From positions 31,565,277 through 31,629,276 of the forward strand of contig MU057352.1 of the NCBI GenBank assembly GCA_013239625.1: a DNA stretch of 64,000 bases, given 5' to 3'. Below, piece by piece: positions 24,481 to 34,769 of the stretch; position 1 is the stretch's first letter, and each line of letters begins with the position of its first letter. A program made the position numbers and the translations under genes. The notes beneath the pieces were generated by a model. The model saw nothing but the letters and a program-made list of their open reading frames with translations. It was not told the DNA's origin and did not search any database. The stretch is from Lama guanicoe. Its lineage: Eukaryota.

Positions 24481-26070
24481 GCCTCTGCACCAGCTTCGAC
24501 AGTCGTCAGTACCCCAGACCCAGCGATGAGGACAGCGCCCTGGGCGTGGCCGACAAGGCCCTCCGGCAAGGCCGGGCGCTCCATCGCCCTGCGGCCCCTG
24601 AGAGGGCAACTACAGCACAGCCCCTCTCGGCATCTGGACAAATCTAAACCCCGTCTGATGACTCCCGTTGCGTGCCGTTCTTCTCACCCACAGAAGCACC
24701 CCGTGCCCATGAGCCCTCTCCTCCTGCGGACCAGGAGCTGTGTGTGCGGTCCTTAGGGTCAGTGGCAGGGACACTTTCATCCCCTCTGGGGCAGTCTGCC
24801 ACAGCCACCTACTGGGACAGCTCTCCTGTTCGCCATCATCGTTTTCAGAAGTGTATCTGGAACAGACGTACCTGTAACTTTCAAAAGCTACATTTAATGT
24901 ACGGCCTGTGTATTATACTGTAAGGTAAGCAATACATGTTATACTGGATCATCTGAAATCGATACAAGTCTCATGTGATACATGAAATACTTACAACCAA
25001 ACAGTGAAATGTAAGTTGTGTGGAAACGAGATGCACAACCTATAAAAGTGTGAAAACTCCCAGGAACCAGTACGAGGGTCTGAGCCGCAACACACAGACC
25101 CGACCACAAAGGAACACGGGAACAGCAGCTCCCAGAGCTCTGCTTGTGCCGTCAGTGTGCCTCTCAGTCACCAGAGGTTGTGAACTCTGCGCGTGTCACC
25201 ACAGCCGTGAGAGGTGGTCGAGAAGTTACGTAGCGGTACCCGAGTCTAACCCTCACCTGGGCTTCGCCACAGCTGCCTCTGTAATGACCTCAACCCACAC
25301 ACCCACGTCTTGCACAACCCAGGGACAAAATGACTGTCTGCTGAAATTCAAGGCCGCTGGACTTTGCCCACCCCGGGGTCTGGCCTCAGAGGTGGTCTCG
25401 GCTCCTGAGCTCACCAGGCCTCTCCACGCTGGCGCCCTGAGAGGCCTTCCCAGCCCGCATCCCCGGAGGAAGCCGCGTGGGAGGGATGTGGCCTGGCACG
25501 GGTGGGCGCTTGGGGAAGGTGAGATGGTGAAATACAGAGATGAAAGGAAGGAACTCTCCAGAAGGTCCCGCACCTCACCTGGGCTGCTGGCCCTCTGGGA
25601 CCTTGGGAAGCCTTCTCAGGCCTCACATGGTTTTAAAGATGAATGAAACACGCGGATGCCAACAGAACACATGTGGAGACACAGCAACCTAAACACGGGG
25701 AGGGACACGCAAGCTCCTTTGTGATGCGCTGGGCGACGAGGGGCGGGGCGGGCACAGGACCCCCTGTGACGGGAGACGGTCCGAGAATGAGTGGTGTGTC
25801 CGGACAGCTGCACAGCGTGACTTGGGCCCCAGGCCGCTGCCCCCACCAAAACCAGTGGGTCCCCACGCCCTCAACTGCTCGGCACCACAGTGGGCCTTGG
25901 TGCGCACTCTCGGAACAACAAGTATTTTATTATGTTTGGAGAAACAAACACTCCTACAACCGCCAAAACAAAGAGATTCTAAAAACACCCTGTTCTGCGC
26001 ACGCGGGCTTCTGAAACGCGCCGTGCTTTCCAGCAGCTGGGCCCCGACCCAGACCTTCCTTCTGGGGGCT

Positions 26071-26187
26071 GGGGTGGGGGGGTGACTAGTTTGGATTGTT
26101 TATTTTTTAATGGCGGGGCTGCGGATTGAAGCCAGGACCTTGCGCATGCTAAGCATGGGCTCCCCCACTGAGCTGTACCCTCCCCCC
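26071..26187 (-). mobile_element. tRNA-derived SINE (camelid Vic-1-like)
   Basis: Reverse complement GGGAGGGTACAGCTCAGTGG...GGTCCTGGCTTCAATCC...CCATTAAAAAA; 61/80 identical to the copy at 9009-9105. Confidence 0.8.
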
Positions 26188-26854
26188 ACCAGATCTCTCG
26201 TAAGTTGGAAAATCACAGATTTTAAAACCTTACACATTGGGGAAAATTAAACACCACGACCACATCCCAAGTGGTAATTTGGAAGGGGTGCCCGTGTTTT
26301 CACATGCCAGGCTTGGTCTGCTGGCCTGAGCGTGTCTCTGAGAATCCCAGTATTTCTGGGAATACCCATCATTCAGCCACCTGAAGTCCACAGTGGACTC
26401 AGATTTAAGTCAGCAATGAGAAGGAAAGAAAACAGCATTCTTCAGGGTTTTCTAATAGCCGGGCATTGTCCTCATAAGCATGGCCTCATACCTGACCGGG
26501 GGCTGGTCTGCGAGTGAGTGAGGGGCAGGGAGGTTCCCAGGATGACACAGCTGGTGACCCCACGGCGGGCTGGGGCCCAGCAGACGGCACCTGGGGGGAG
26601 GTGGGCGCAGGTGGGTTAGAGCTTATCAATGCCGAACGCACTTGCCCGGACGCCCAACCGCTGCCTGGCCAAAACCTCTCAGTCCCTGTGAACATCCCAG
26701 GACCAGTTCCCGCCCTGTACCCAGTGAAAACAGGAGGAAATGGATCGGAAGAGGCTGAAGGGAGAGAAGATGGGGACACCTGTCCCCAGGGCCCTGGAGG
26801 ATGCCCAGCCCGGCTGCCGCCGTCCCCGCGGGGGACTCCCTGGGCAGCACTTAC

Positions 26855-27098
26855 CAATCTGCAGCAGGATGGGCGTGACCAGCGCCGTCTCCATGGCATA
26901 GCAGAACTCCCGGCCAAACATCACCGCCCCGTGCATCACCCACAGGCGCACAGGGATGCGGTCTATGGACCCCTCGCTGACGGTCTCATCCCGCGTCTCG
27001 GCCTCCGTGCCTCTGGGTTTCTGCTGGTCTGGCAGGGGCACCGGTAACTCCTGAACTTGCATAGACTCTGAGTCGGCGTTCTGCGGGGCCATTTTCAT
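26855..27098 (-). CDS. SLC45A4: SLC45A4 first coding exon, CDS part (81 codons + 1 nt; N-terminus and TM1)
   Basis: ATG at 27098 (GTG GTG ATG AAA ATG GCC) with an in-frame TAG upstream at 27131-27129; encodes MKMAPQNAD...[26 protein letters not shown]; donor G|GTAAGT after 26855. Confidence 0.96.
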
Positions 27099-27132
27099 CA
27101 CCACCGAAAAAATATATATATATTTACTCTAG

Positions 27133-27153
27133 CTATATAAATAATACTATCAT
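27133..27153 (-). promoter_or_regulatory. uORF4, hexapeptide MIVLFI*, ending 34 nt before the main ATG
   Basis: ATG ATA GTA TTA TTT ATA TAG; same frame as uORF1 and uORF3. Confidence 0.55.
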
Positions 27154-27159
27154 ATATCT

Positions 27160-27312
27160 TTAAGGATAAATTAAGACGTCTTCTCTTTCTGCTTCAGCTG
27201 TGTTCCTCTGGCAAGTAACACTTGTGTTCCTCCTTGTACAAACGGGGTCTTGAAACCTCTCACAATCAGACGAGACACGCAGCAAAGCGACGACTTTTGC
27301 TTGACGGCACAT
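27160..27312 (-). promoter_or_regulatory. uORF3, 50 aa (MCRQAKVVALLRVSSDCERFQDPVCTRRNTSVTCQRNTAEAEREDVLIYP*)
   Basis: ATG 27312 (context AGCCACATGT), TAA 27162-27160; same frame as uORF1. Confidence 0.6.
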
Positions 27313-27327
27313 GTGGCTTTTGCTGGT

Positions 27328-27474
27328 TTACTGTGAGTTAGAGTTAAAAATCCATAATTGCCATTCAGTTAATACCAGTTTCATCATCATTGCTGAAGAG
27401 GTGCTGACGCGCCTTTCCTTGCTACAGAGGGGTGGGAAGGTGACACACACAGGCGGTCCGCCGTCGCTCCCCAT
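27328..27474 (-). promoter_or_regulatory. uORF1, 48 aa (MGSDGGPPVCVTFPPLCSKERRVSTSSAMMMKLVLTEWQLWIFNSNSQ*), with internal ATGs at 27390/27387/27384
   Basis: Translated by hand from the reverse complement; ATG 27474, TAA 27330-27328. Translation in vivo is not shown. Confidence 0.6.
27344..27364 (-). promoter_or_regulatory. uORF2, hexapeptide MAIMDF* nested in uORF1 (different frame)
   Basis: ATG GCA ATT ATG GAT TTT TAA on the minus strand. Confidence 0.55.
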
Positions 27475-28433
27475 CGAGTGACCGGTGGGTCTGCAAGAGA
27501 GGAGAAGCCCCGCCCATCAGACGGCGCCTGCTGGCCTCCAGCCCCCACCTGCGGGCGCCCGTGCGGCTGACCCCTGGCCACTCAGGAAACCACGGACCTC
27601 TGTTCTCTGGTGCTCACCCGGGGTTGTCTGTGGCGAAAACAAAACTCAGCGTCTGGAGAGAGCATGTTCTCGTGTGTGGAACCAGTCCGGGGGCTAGGGG
27701 GGACAGACAGAGATGGGGCAGCAAAGGGAAGCTGGATGAGGGAAGAGGACACAGAAGGAGCTCAAAGCTTCTGCTCCGGGCCCTGGGGACCCCGCACAGG
27801 AAAGGTGTTAGCAGGGAGGGGGTGGAGGAGGAGGGGAAAGGGCAGGATGTGCACCTGCCCAGGGGAAGCTCAGAGTCCACCCTGGATTCCTGCTGTGGGC
27901 TGTCTACAGCCATGGTCCTTGACCTTCCTGCTAGGAGACCTTTTGATAATCAAATGAAAGTCATAACCCCTCTCCAGAAAAAAAAAAGTACCTGCACACC
28001 GAACACTAAACACCACGTCCAGGGGCTTGCAGACCCCAACCCCAATGCACACAGCATTCCAGGGGCTCTGGAACCTGTTCCCTAATCTTGTTTCCAGCAT
28101 CCTAGTACCTTGGACCCAGCTTCGTGCCCCATTCTCTGCCTGGATGAACACAGCACGTACGGCGTCGGCTGCCAAGACTCTAACTACAGCGTCCTTTAGG
28201 GAGGTTTCAGGAAAGCGATCATCGTCCCCGTGCGAGGCAAGACCAAGGATGCGGTTTTTCCCTCCCTCTTCTGCACGTGCACCTCCAGACAATGGGCTTC
28301 TGTTCAGTCTGAACTGTGTTAAAACAGGTAACCTTGAAATCGCACACAATGTGTTACATTTTTATATTAAGGTAGGTCTGTGGGTTGATAGCTTACCAAA
28401 AATTTTCAACAACTGGTTTAAATAAAAATACTT

Positions 28434-28945
28434 CTAAGCAACCTAAATGTCCATCAACAGATGACTGGATAAAGAAATTGTCACGTACACACACACACAC
28501 ACTGGAATACTAGTCAGCCATAAAAAAGAACGCAATAATGCCATTTGCAGCCACATGGACAAACCTGGAGACTGTCATACTAAGTGAAGTCAGACAGAGA
28601 AAGAAAAATACATGATATCACTCACATAAGGAATCTAAAAATTGAGACAAATGAACTTATTACAAAACAGAGACAAACTCAAACTCACAAACATAGGAAA
28701 CACTTGTGATTGCCAAGGGAGAAGGAGGGAGGGTGAACAGTTCAAGATTAGCAGATACCAACTACTGTATATAAAATAGATAAACAACAAGGTCCTACTG
28801 TATAGCACAGGGAACTATATTCAATACCTTGTAATAGCTTACAATGAGAAAGAATATGAAAAGTCATCTATATATAACGGAATCACTATGCTGTACACGA
28901 GAAATCAATACATTGTAACTGAATGTACTTTAGTAAAAATTTTTT
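28434..28945 (+). mobile_element. 5'-truncated L1 (ORF2 end + 3' UTR)
   Basis: aagcaacctaaatgtccatcaacagatgactggataaag...gcacagggaactatattcaatacc...cattgtaactgaatgtactttagtaaaaa. Confidence 0.9.
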
Positions 28946-29787
28946 TAAATTTCTAGGTAATATTGATTTAACCAAGGATGATCTTAACTAGCTTCTCCTT
29001 TCCTCCCTAGAAAGTACCAGAGATGGAAGGGTGTTCTTCACTGAGTCTCCTCCTTGGGGAAGCCTGGAGGTGATGGTGGCTCCCTGGCTTGGCTGCTGGC
29101 AAAGCTGAGCTGCTTGCCCCCGAGGTTCTGAGCCCCCACCTCACTCTTCCATCAGGCTGGGGCTTCCATGCTTCAACCAAAACCTCCTGGGGGGTCCCAG
29201 GTCCCAGTGGTCCCACCGACACACTTGCTTCTGATGCCCCCGAATTTCACTGCAGCCCCTACCCGAGATTTCTCAAGTTTATCAACATCTTCTACCAAAT
29301 AATCAATATCTCAATAACAGCCGGCGTTTCCCCACGGTCACTCTCCTACAATCTTCTCTGCAAACGTATTAGCATGAAACTTTCTCATATACACAAAGTA
29401 AACAAACCAGTATTTTTTAAATAACCATCCAGCGTTAACAGTTACCAACATCCATCCTTGTCACTCCATGCCTGTCTTTCGAGCGATTCCCACCCCGAGA
29501 CAAAGTCTCATGACTTTTCTCTGGGTTCAACCTGCCACTCTTAGACCAAAATGAGATCAATAATTTTAAATGCCTTTTCCCACCAGTAAGACGGGTCATT
29601 TTTATGTGAAGAAAGTGTATCAGGACGTGTCTTTAAAGCTCTTATTGATCAGTTGGGCCTTCGGCAGGAACACCCTTGTCCCACTGTGTCTCTACCTTGA
29701 GACTCCCGTCTGAAATAAAGCATCATTTCAGCAACAGCTATAAATTAGGCAATAAAGCTCCATAGCAAGTGTACCTGAATTATTTCA

Positions 29788-29920
29788 AGGCTGTAGTTCT
29801 TACCCAGGGACACCTGTACCCCTGGGGATCCTGGGTGATGCCTGGAGTTCTTTAGAAGCCAGGGCTGGGGCTCAGCACCCTGCAGTGGCCAGGACGCCCC
29901 CACAGCAGAGAATGATTATT
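29788..29920. mobile_element. MER20-like hAT remnant
   Basis: tagaagccagggctgggg...caccctgcagtggccaggacgcccccacagcagagaatgatt. Confidence 0.55.
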
Positions 29921-32900
29921 AAACAGGAAAACGTTTCTTTAAAAATGCTGAAACCCTTGATTATCACACTCTGAATCAATCAACTGGACCAGAAGCTGCA
30001 ACCTCAATGTCACTACCGCTGTGTTTTCCTACATCAGCCTTTGCTTGCAGAACCGGAAAACGCAGGTGAGCTCAGGCCACTCACGCCCTGAGGAGGCAGG
30101 GTGTCTAGGGTCAGGTTTACAAGAGGGAAGGGGTGCAAGCCATCCCCTTCCCGTCAACTCACCCACACCACAGGTAGTGGCACCCCCGACGTGTTTTCAA
30201 AGAAAAGGCAGCTGAGCACCGCCAGTGGGCCTGCGGGGTCTGCTCAGGCCTTGGGCTCCAACCCCAGGCCCGGGCGCGCCTGCTCAAAGGCCTGCGGAGT
30301 CGGCTACGGGTTTCTCAGCAAGAGGTCTCGATTTTGCCTGGAAGGCCGAGGAGCTGTGGACTGAACACTTCAGGGGCAGAGGGCCCGACATCCAAGGACA
30401 GCCGCACGTTGGCAGAGCCAGCCGGTCAGTCAAGTGTCCCCTCAACAATGCGAGTCACCACACCCCACTTCCTCCTTGTGTCCGGGGTTCCCACCAGACT
30501 TCTACAAACGGTCCCACAGCGGCCTCTGGAAAGAAGTGGGGCGGGGGGGGGGGGCAGCTGGCGGACGGTCTGCGCTCCCCGGGCTCCTCTAGGGCGGGGT
30601 CCGACCACTGGCCCGTCTCCCGCTGCTCACGGCCGCCTGACAGGCAGCAGTCTGCGTTATGCTGAGGGCGCTGCGGGCTGGTCTCAGGGCCCAGGGACCC
30701 TGCATTTCCAGACGCACACACGGTGCCCCTCCAACCCCAGCCACACGCGCAGCCTTCTGCAGCTGGGCACTTGCCGGGGGCGGGGCTTGCATCTCCAAGG
30801 CCCCCCGGTGCTCCATCGGGGGAGCCCATCCACAGTCCAGGCCCAACCCGACGCCTGTTTCTAGGATCAGAGGGCAGGGATCAGCTTTCAGGGCAGGATG
30901 CCTGCCGCCCCCTCGCCCTGTTCTCCACTCTTCCCTGAGCTCTCAGCACGAAGCCCACCTGCCCGTGGCTCAGCACCCTTTAACCTGGGCCCACCGGGTC
31001 TCCCACCTTCAGCTCAACTCCCTCTGAGTCCCTGAAGGCTCTTCTCAAGGCCCAGAGCCCCACCCCAACCCCGCGAAGGGCTCCCAGGCCTACCGTACTC
31101 GGGGGCCACCAGAGACGCTGTCACCCAGCTTCTGTCCCTCTCATGTCACCCCCTGTGCCTGGCCAGGCAGGAGCCCAGAGGGCTGACTGAGAGAATGACA
31201 GACCAGTGCTTGCTGGGGGCTGTCTGCCCCGGTGACGTGGGTGCCCAGCTGACAAGGTCCAGCCTCGTGGGACGGCGAGAGCGTGGTGGGCTCCCCTGTA
31301 ACCCGGGGAGTCCAGGCAGTACCACAGCCGCCGCCCTCCCTCAAGCAACAAACGCTGCGGTGCCGTGGAGAGACTTCACACAGTCCACTCTGCTGCCGTC
31401 CGCAAGGGTGGGAACCGCACGTGTGGTGAGCATCTTCGGTGGGCCCAGCGTCAAAGCCGCAGCTGGTAAGCACAGTCCCAGAGCTCTGCGCACCCGTCCG
31501 AGCAGCATTTACCCTCTAGCTGGGCTGGGAGCACCCGCACCGGTGAGCACCGTCTCCTAGAGCAGGCCTCACTTTTTAAAAACATGGAGGTGGCTTTCCA
31601 AACAGCAGTTTTACAAAAGGCTGACGTGACTAATGAAACCGACGTGCCAGAGAACACTGGCCTTCCTCACAGACCTGACCACCCCGGTTCACAGTCTGGC
31701 CCCTTGAAGACAACGCCCGGCTGTTCAACAGCAGGACATCACTGGGTGCAACCACTGCGTCCAAACACTCCTTTCCTGCAAAGCCCTGGGGACTTGATAA
31801 CATTGCAGGGGATGCTATGAAACCACTTCGAAATAAAGTTAAGTTTATACTCTCAGAAATAAGGGTCCTATCACCTTGTCAAGGAACATGGGCACCTAAA
31901 GACCTAAGTGGTGGGGCTGGGGAGGGGGCGGGAGCACAGAGGACCACGGCCACCCAGCCCGGGGACCAGCCATCCTGAAGTTGGCTGTGCCAGAAGCCCA
32001 GAGGTTAGTGTCGGAAGACCCAGGGTGAGCACTTCTGTTGAAGAGCCACGGCTGAAGGATGGGTTCCTGGGTCCACAGGACATGGGAAACGCACCTGCGA
32101 ACGCTGGCCTGTCTGTGAGGACTCCACAGGCCAAGCACGTGGGTGGGAGGGTGTTCGAGCCCACCACCGGTTCCCCCACAGAAAGCCAGCGGGGACATTT
32201 CCGACCGTGTGTGTGGTGTGAGGAGCAGTGTGCGAGGTACGGAGCCCCTGCCAACTTTTCCCGGGGCCAGCCGGCTGTCTCGGTGCGATTTACTCACAAG
32301 CTCGTTCCCAACCCTTGGAGACGCTCCCCCTTACGTGTCGCAGTGGCCAGGCCCGCACTGAGCCGCATCTCAGTTTCCTGCTCTCCCCGCCAGCGTGCCT
32401 GTCTGCCCACTTCCCGGGGCCCTCGCTGAGAACTACGCACTCAGCAGGTCCGCATCTCTGTGGGGGCCGACCCCTCGGGCAGCTGCTTTTCCCAGAGTGA
32501 TCCCATTCATTCCTGCATGTTTATTTGCAAGCACTTTAGGAGGATAAGTCCTTCAAGAGCTTGACCAGCCCTGGGGGCTTGGGGGTGGGGCTTTGTTGCT
32601 ATTTTTACTGAGACTCCATTGATTTTATAAATTAGCTTGGGGAGGACTGCCACCCTCAGGCTGCCATGTCACCCTGGCCGAGAAGCAGGGCCGTCTCACC
32701 GTTTGTCCAGGCCCACCCCAGTGCCTTTCTAGAGAATTTCAAAGTACGCCTTCTACAGCTCTGCACACTGCTTAAGTTTCTTCCTACTCACTCTGCCTTT
32801 TCTGCGGCCACTGCAGATGGGGTTTTCCCTTCCCCTGCACCTGCCAGCGGGTCGGTCTGCACACGCGAAGGGAAGCAGTGCTTGCTGATCTCCTCAGCAA

Positions 32901-34769
32901 TGGGTTACACGCAGTGACAAGTGTACCATTCAATCAGTCGTGACTCATTTATGTCAAGAAACAGAACGTTTCCAACACCCGAAGTCCATGTGTGTCCCTT
33001 CCCATCCAGTTAAGGCTAACGATTTTTTATATTTTAATTGGATAACCTCGTTCTTTGAGAATGGGCAAAAAGAAGACAATGACCACAACCAACAACAAAT
33101 CCAACCGTCACCCAAGTACGCACGCTCCTCTTGGTTGTGGTGGTCTCGCTGGTGCGCACATCTGCCAAAACGTATCAGGCTGCACCTCTGAAACACGTGT
33201 AGCTTACTGCCGGGAATTACACCATAATAAAGGTGTCCCAACTCAGCTCAAGGGAGGACTGTGTTCACCTCGTCAGAGACTAAACTCGGGTTCCCCTCAG
33301 TCTGAACTAAAAATTGGCTCTGAGACGTGGAACAAGTGCCCACGTGGCACACGTGCACCGTCCTGGGCACAGAGACCCTGCAAAGAGTTTGAGCTGCTTC
33401 CCCACAGCCTCCCCCACCTACTCCGATCTGAGGGCCCCTTAGAAAGGGAAGGAGAGCAGCTCAGAGAGGGAAAGGCGGCGTGAGGGCGGGGCCGCCTGCG
33501 AGCCCGGTGTGTCGTCCCCTTTAGGGCCGGACCCGCCAGGTTCCCTGCCCACAACGCAGTATCCACGAAGCAATCAGATCATTTTCTTTAAGGAAGCTAT
33601 TTTATACAAACGCCAGAGCTATTAGGTGTAATATCGGAAACCATGAAAATGCTTTCCTCTGAAGCACCTAACTCAGGAGGCCCAGGCTGAAGCCTGACAA
33701 CGCACTGAAGCAATTTAAGAAAGATCAGGTGGCTCCTCCCCGAGAGCACAGGCAGGCCTGTGCTCCCAAGGGCCTCCTCCGGGGCTATTGGAAAGTGCGG
33801 AGTTCACGCTGAGACCTATCCCAGTATCTCCTCTTCAAAAAGCCAGAAAAACTCCAAAGACAGGTTTTCCAGAGCTCAGAAAACACGCTCCCCCTGGGGC
33901 CGCTCCGGGCACCCCACGGAGCCTGCGCCAGGGACAGCAGTTTGGTCGTGGTCTGCAGACGCACTTAGACATGGGAAACTACAATTGTTCCAATCAACAA
34001 CTTCCTCTATTGTCCTGTTTCTAATTTAAGGGTAACTGATGCCAAAACACATGACTTCCTACAATTTGCTGTGTGGACCAGCTGGCTGTAAACTTAATGT
34101 TATCAAAAAGTTAACTGCGGAGGAAGTTTTGACAGGCAACCCAAGCTTTGGTGACAGTTTAAGATTCTACGTAATGGTCACAATATTCCAGAGTAGTATG
34201 ACGACAAACTTCAGTGACTCACACGTCCTGGAGGACGGCTGGGGCGGTTAACGCACGTTTGCAGTGCAGCTGACGCACGCCGGCTCCGGGCGCGGCACCC
34301 CCACCCCTGCGCGTGCAAGAGCGCAGGGCTGGGGCCCTGGAGACGTGCAGCAGCAGCTTTACGGTGCCCGGTTTCATGCACCCACCGTTTAAACACAGAC
34401 ATTTCTACCCTCGAAAAGCCACCACAACTACCAGTGTTTTCATAAAACATAGTCAACTATTACCTGCGGATGACCTTGTCCAACACTGACTAGAACATCC
34501 TCTCCATCGCCACCAGCACACCTCTCCCCACTCCCAGTGACCACGGCAGAGAACCTAATGACACAGAACAGATGACACAGAAGCCAGGGAAGCCAGACAA
34601 ACAGCAACATATTATAAAGATCAGCTTTTGGACCAAGAGTGAAAAAGGTATAAAATCGAATTGAACAAGGTCAAAGTATCTGTGATAGAATAGGGGGGGA
34701 AAAAGCTTTCTGGTAAAGTTACTTCCTTAAAAGCATTTAAGAAATCCCATTGGTTTCCAATATAAAATC

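Larger units (their letters stand above)
533..27490 (-). other. SLC45A4: SLC45A4 gene body visible in window (first coding exon to sixth coding exon); 3' end lies before base 1, and the non-coding first exon probably lies beyond 64000
   Basis: Six exons splice into one 653-codon frame [18 protein letters not shown]...[36 protein letters not shown]...[16 protein letters not shown]...YALLGQYHDIKE, recognisable as SLC45A4. Confidence 0.97.
26855..27490 (-). ncRNA. Predicted single-exon circular RNA orthologous to circSLC45A4
   Basis: ATG-containing exon with strong splice sites, flanked by a 20.8-kb intron and an apparently >36-kb intron; the human/mouse orthologous exon is a known abundant brain circRNA. 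Expression here is inferred. Confidence 0.55.
27099..27490 (-). promoter_or_regulatory. SLC45A4: 5'UTR portion of the first coding exon (392 nt, uORF-rich)
   Basis: Strong acceptor TTCTCCTCTCTTGCAG|ACCC at 27491/27490 gives a 636-nt exon, close to the ~640-nt human exon 2 (size recalled, not looked up). Confidence 0.8.

Noticed and set aside
27099-27131. N-terminal extension from GTG at 27104 as given in the ORF track
   Set aside because: Adds only two codons; an in-frame TAG at 27131-27129 blocks a longer extension, and ATG 27098 matches the known N-terminus.
30536-30556. G-runs with quadruplex potential (also ~43048-43060)
   Set aside because: Simple homopolymer tracts, common in this isochore, with no positional link to a feature.
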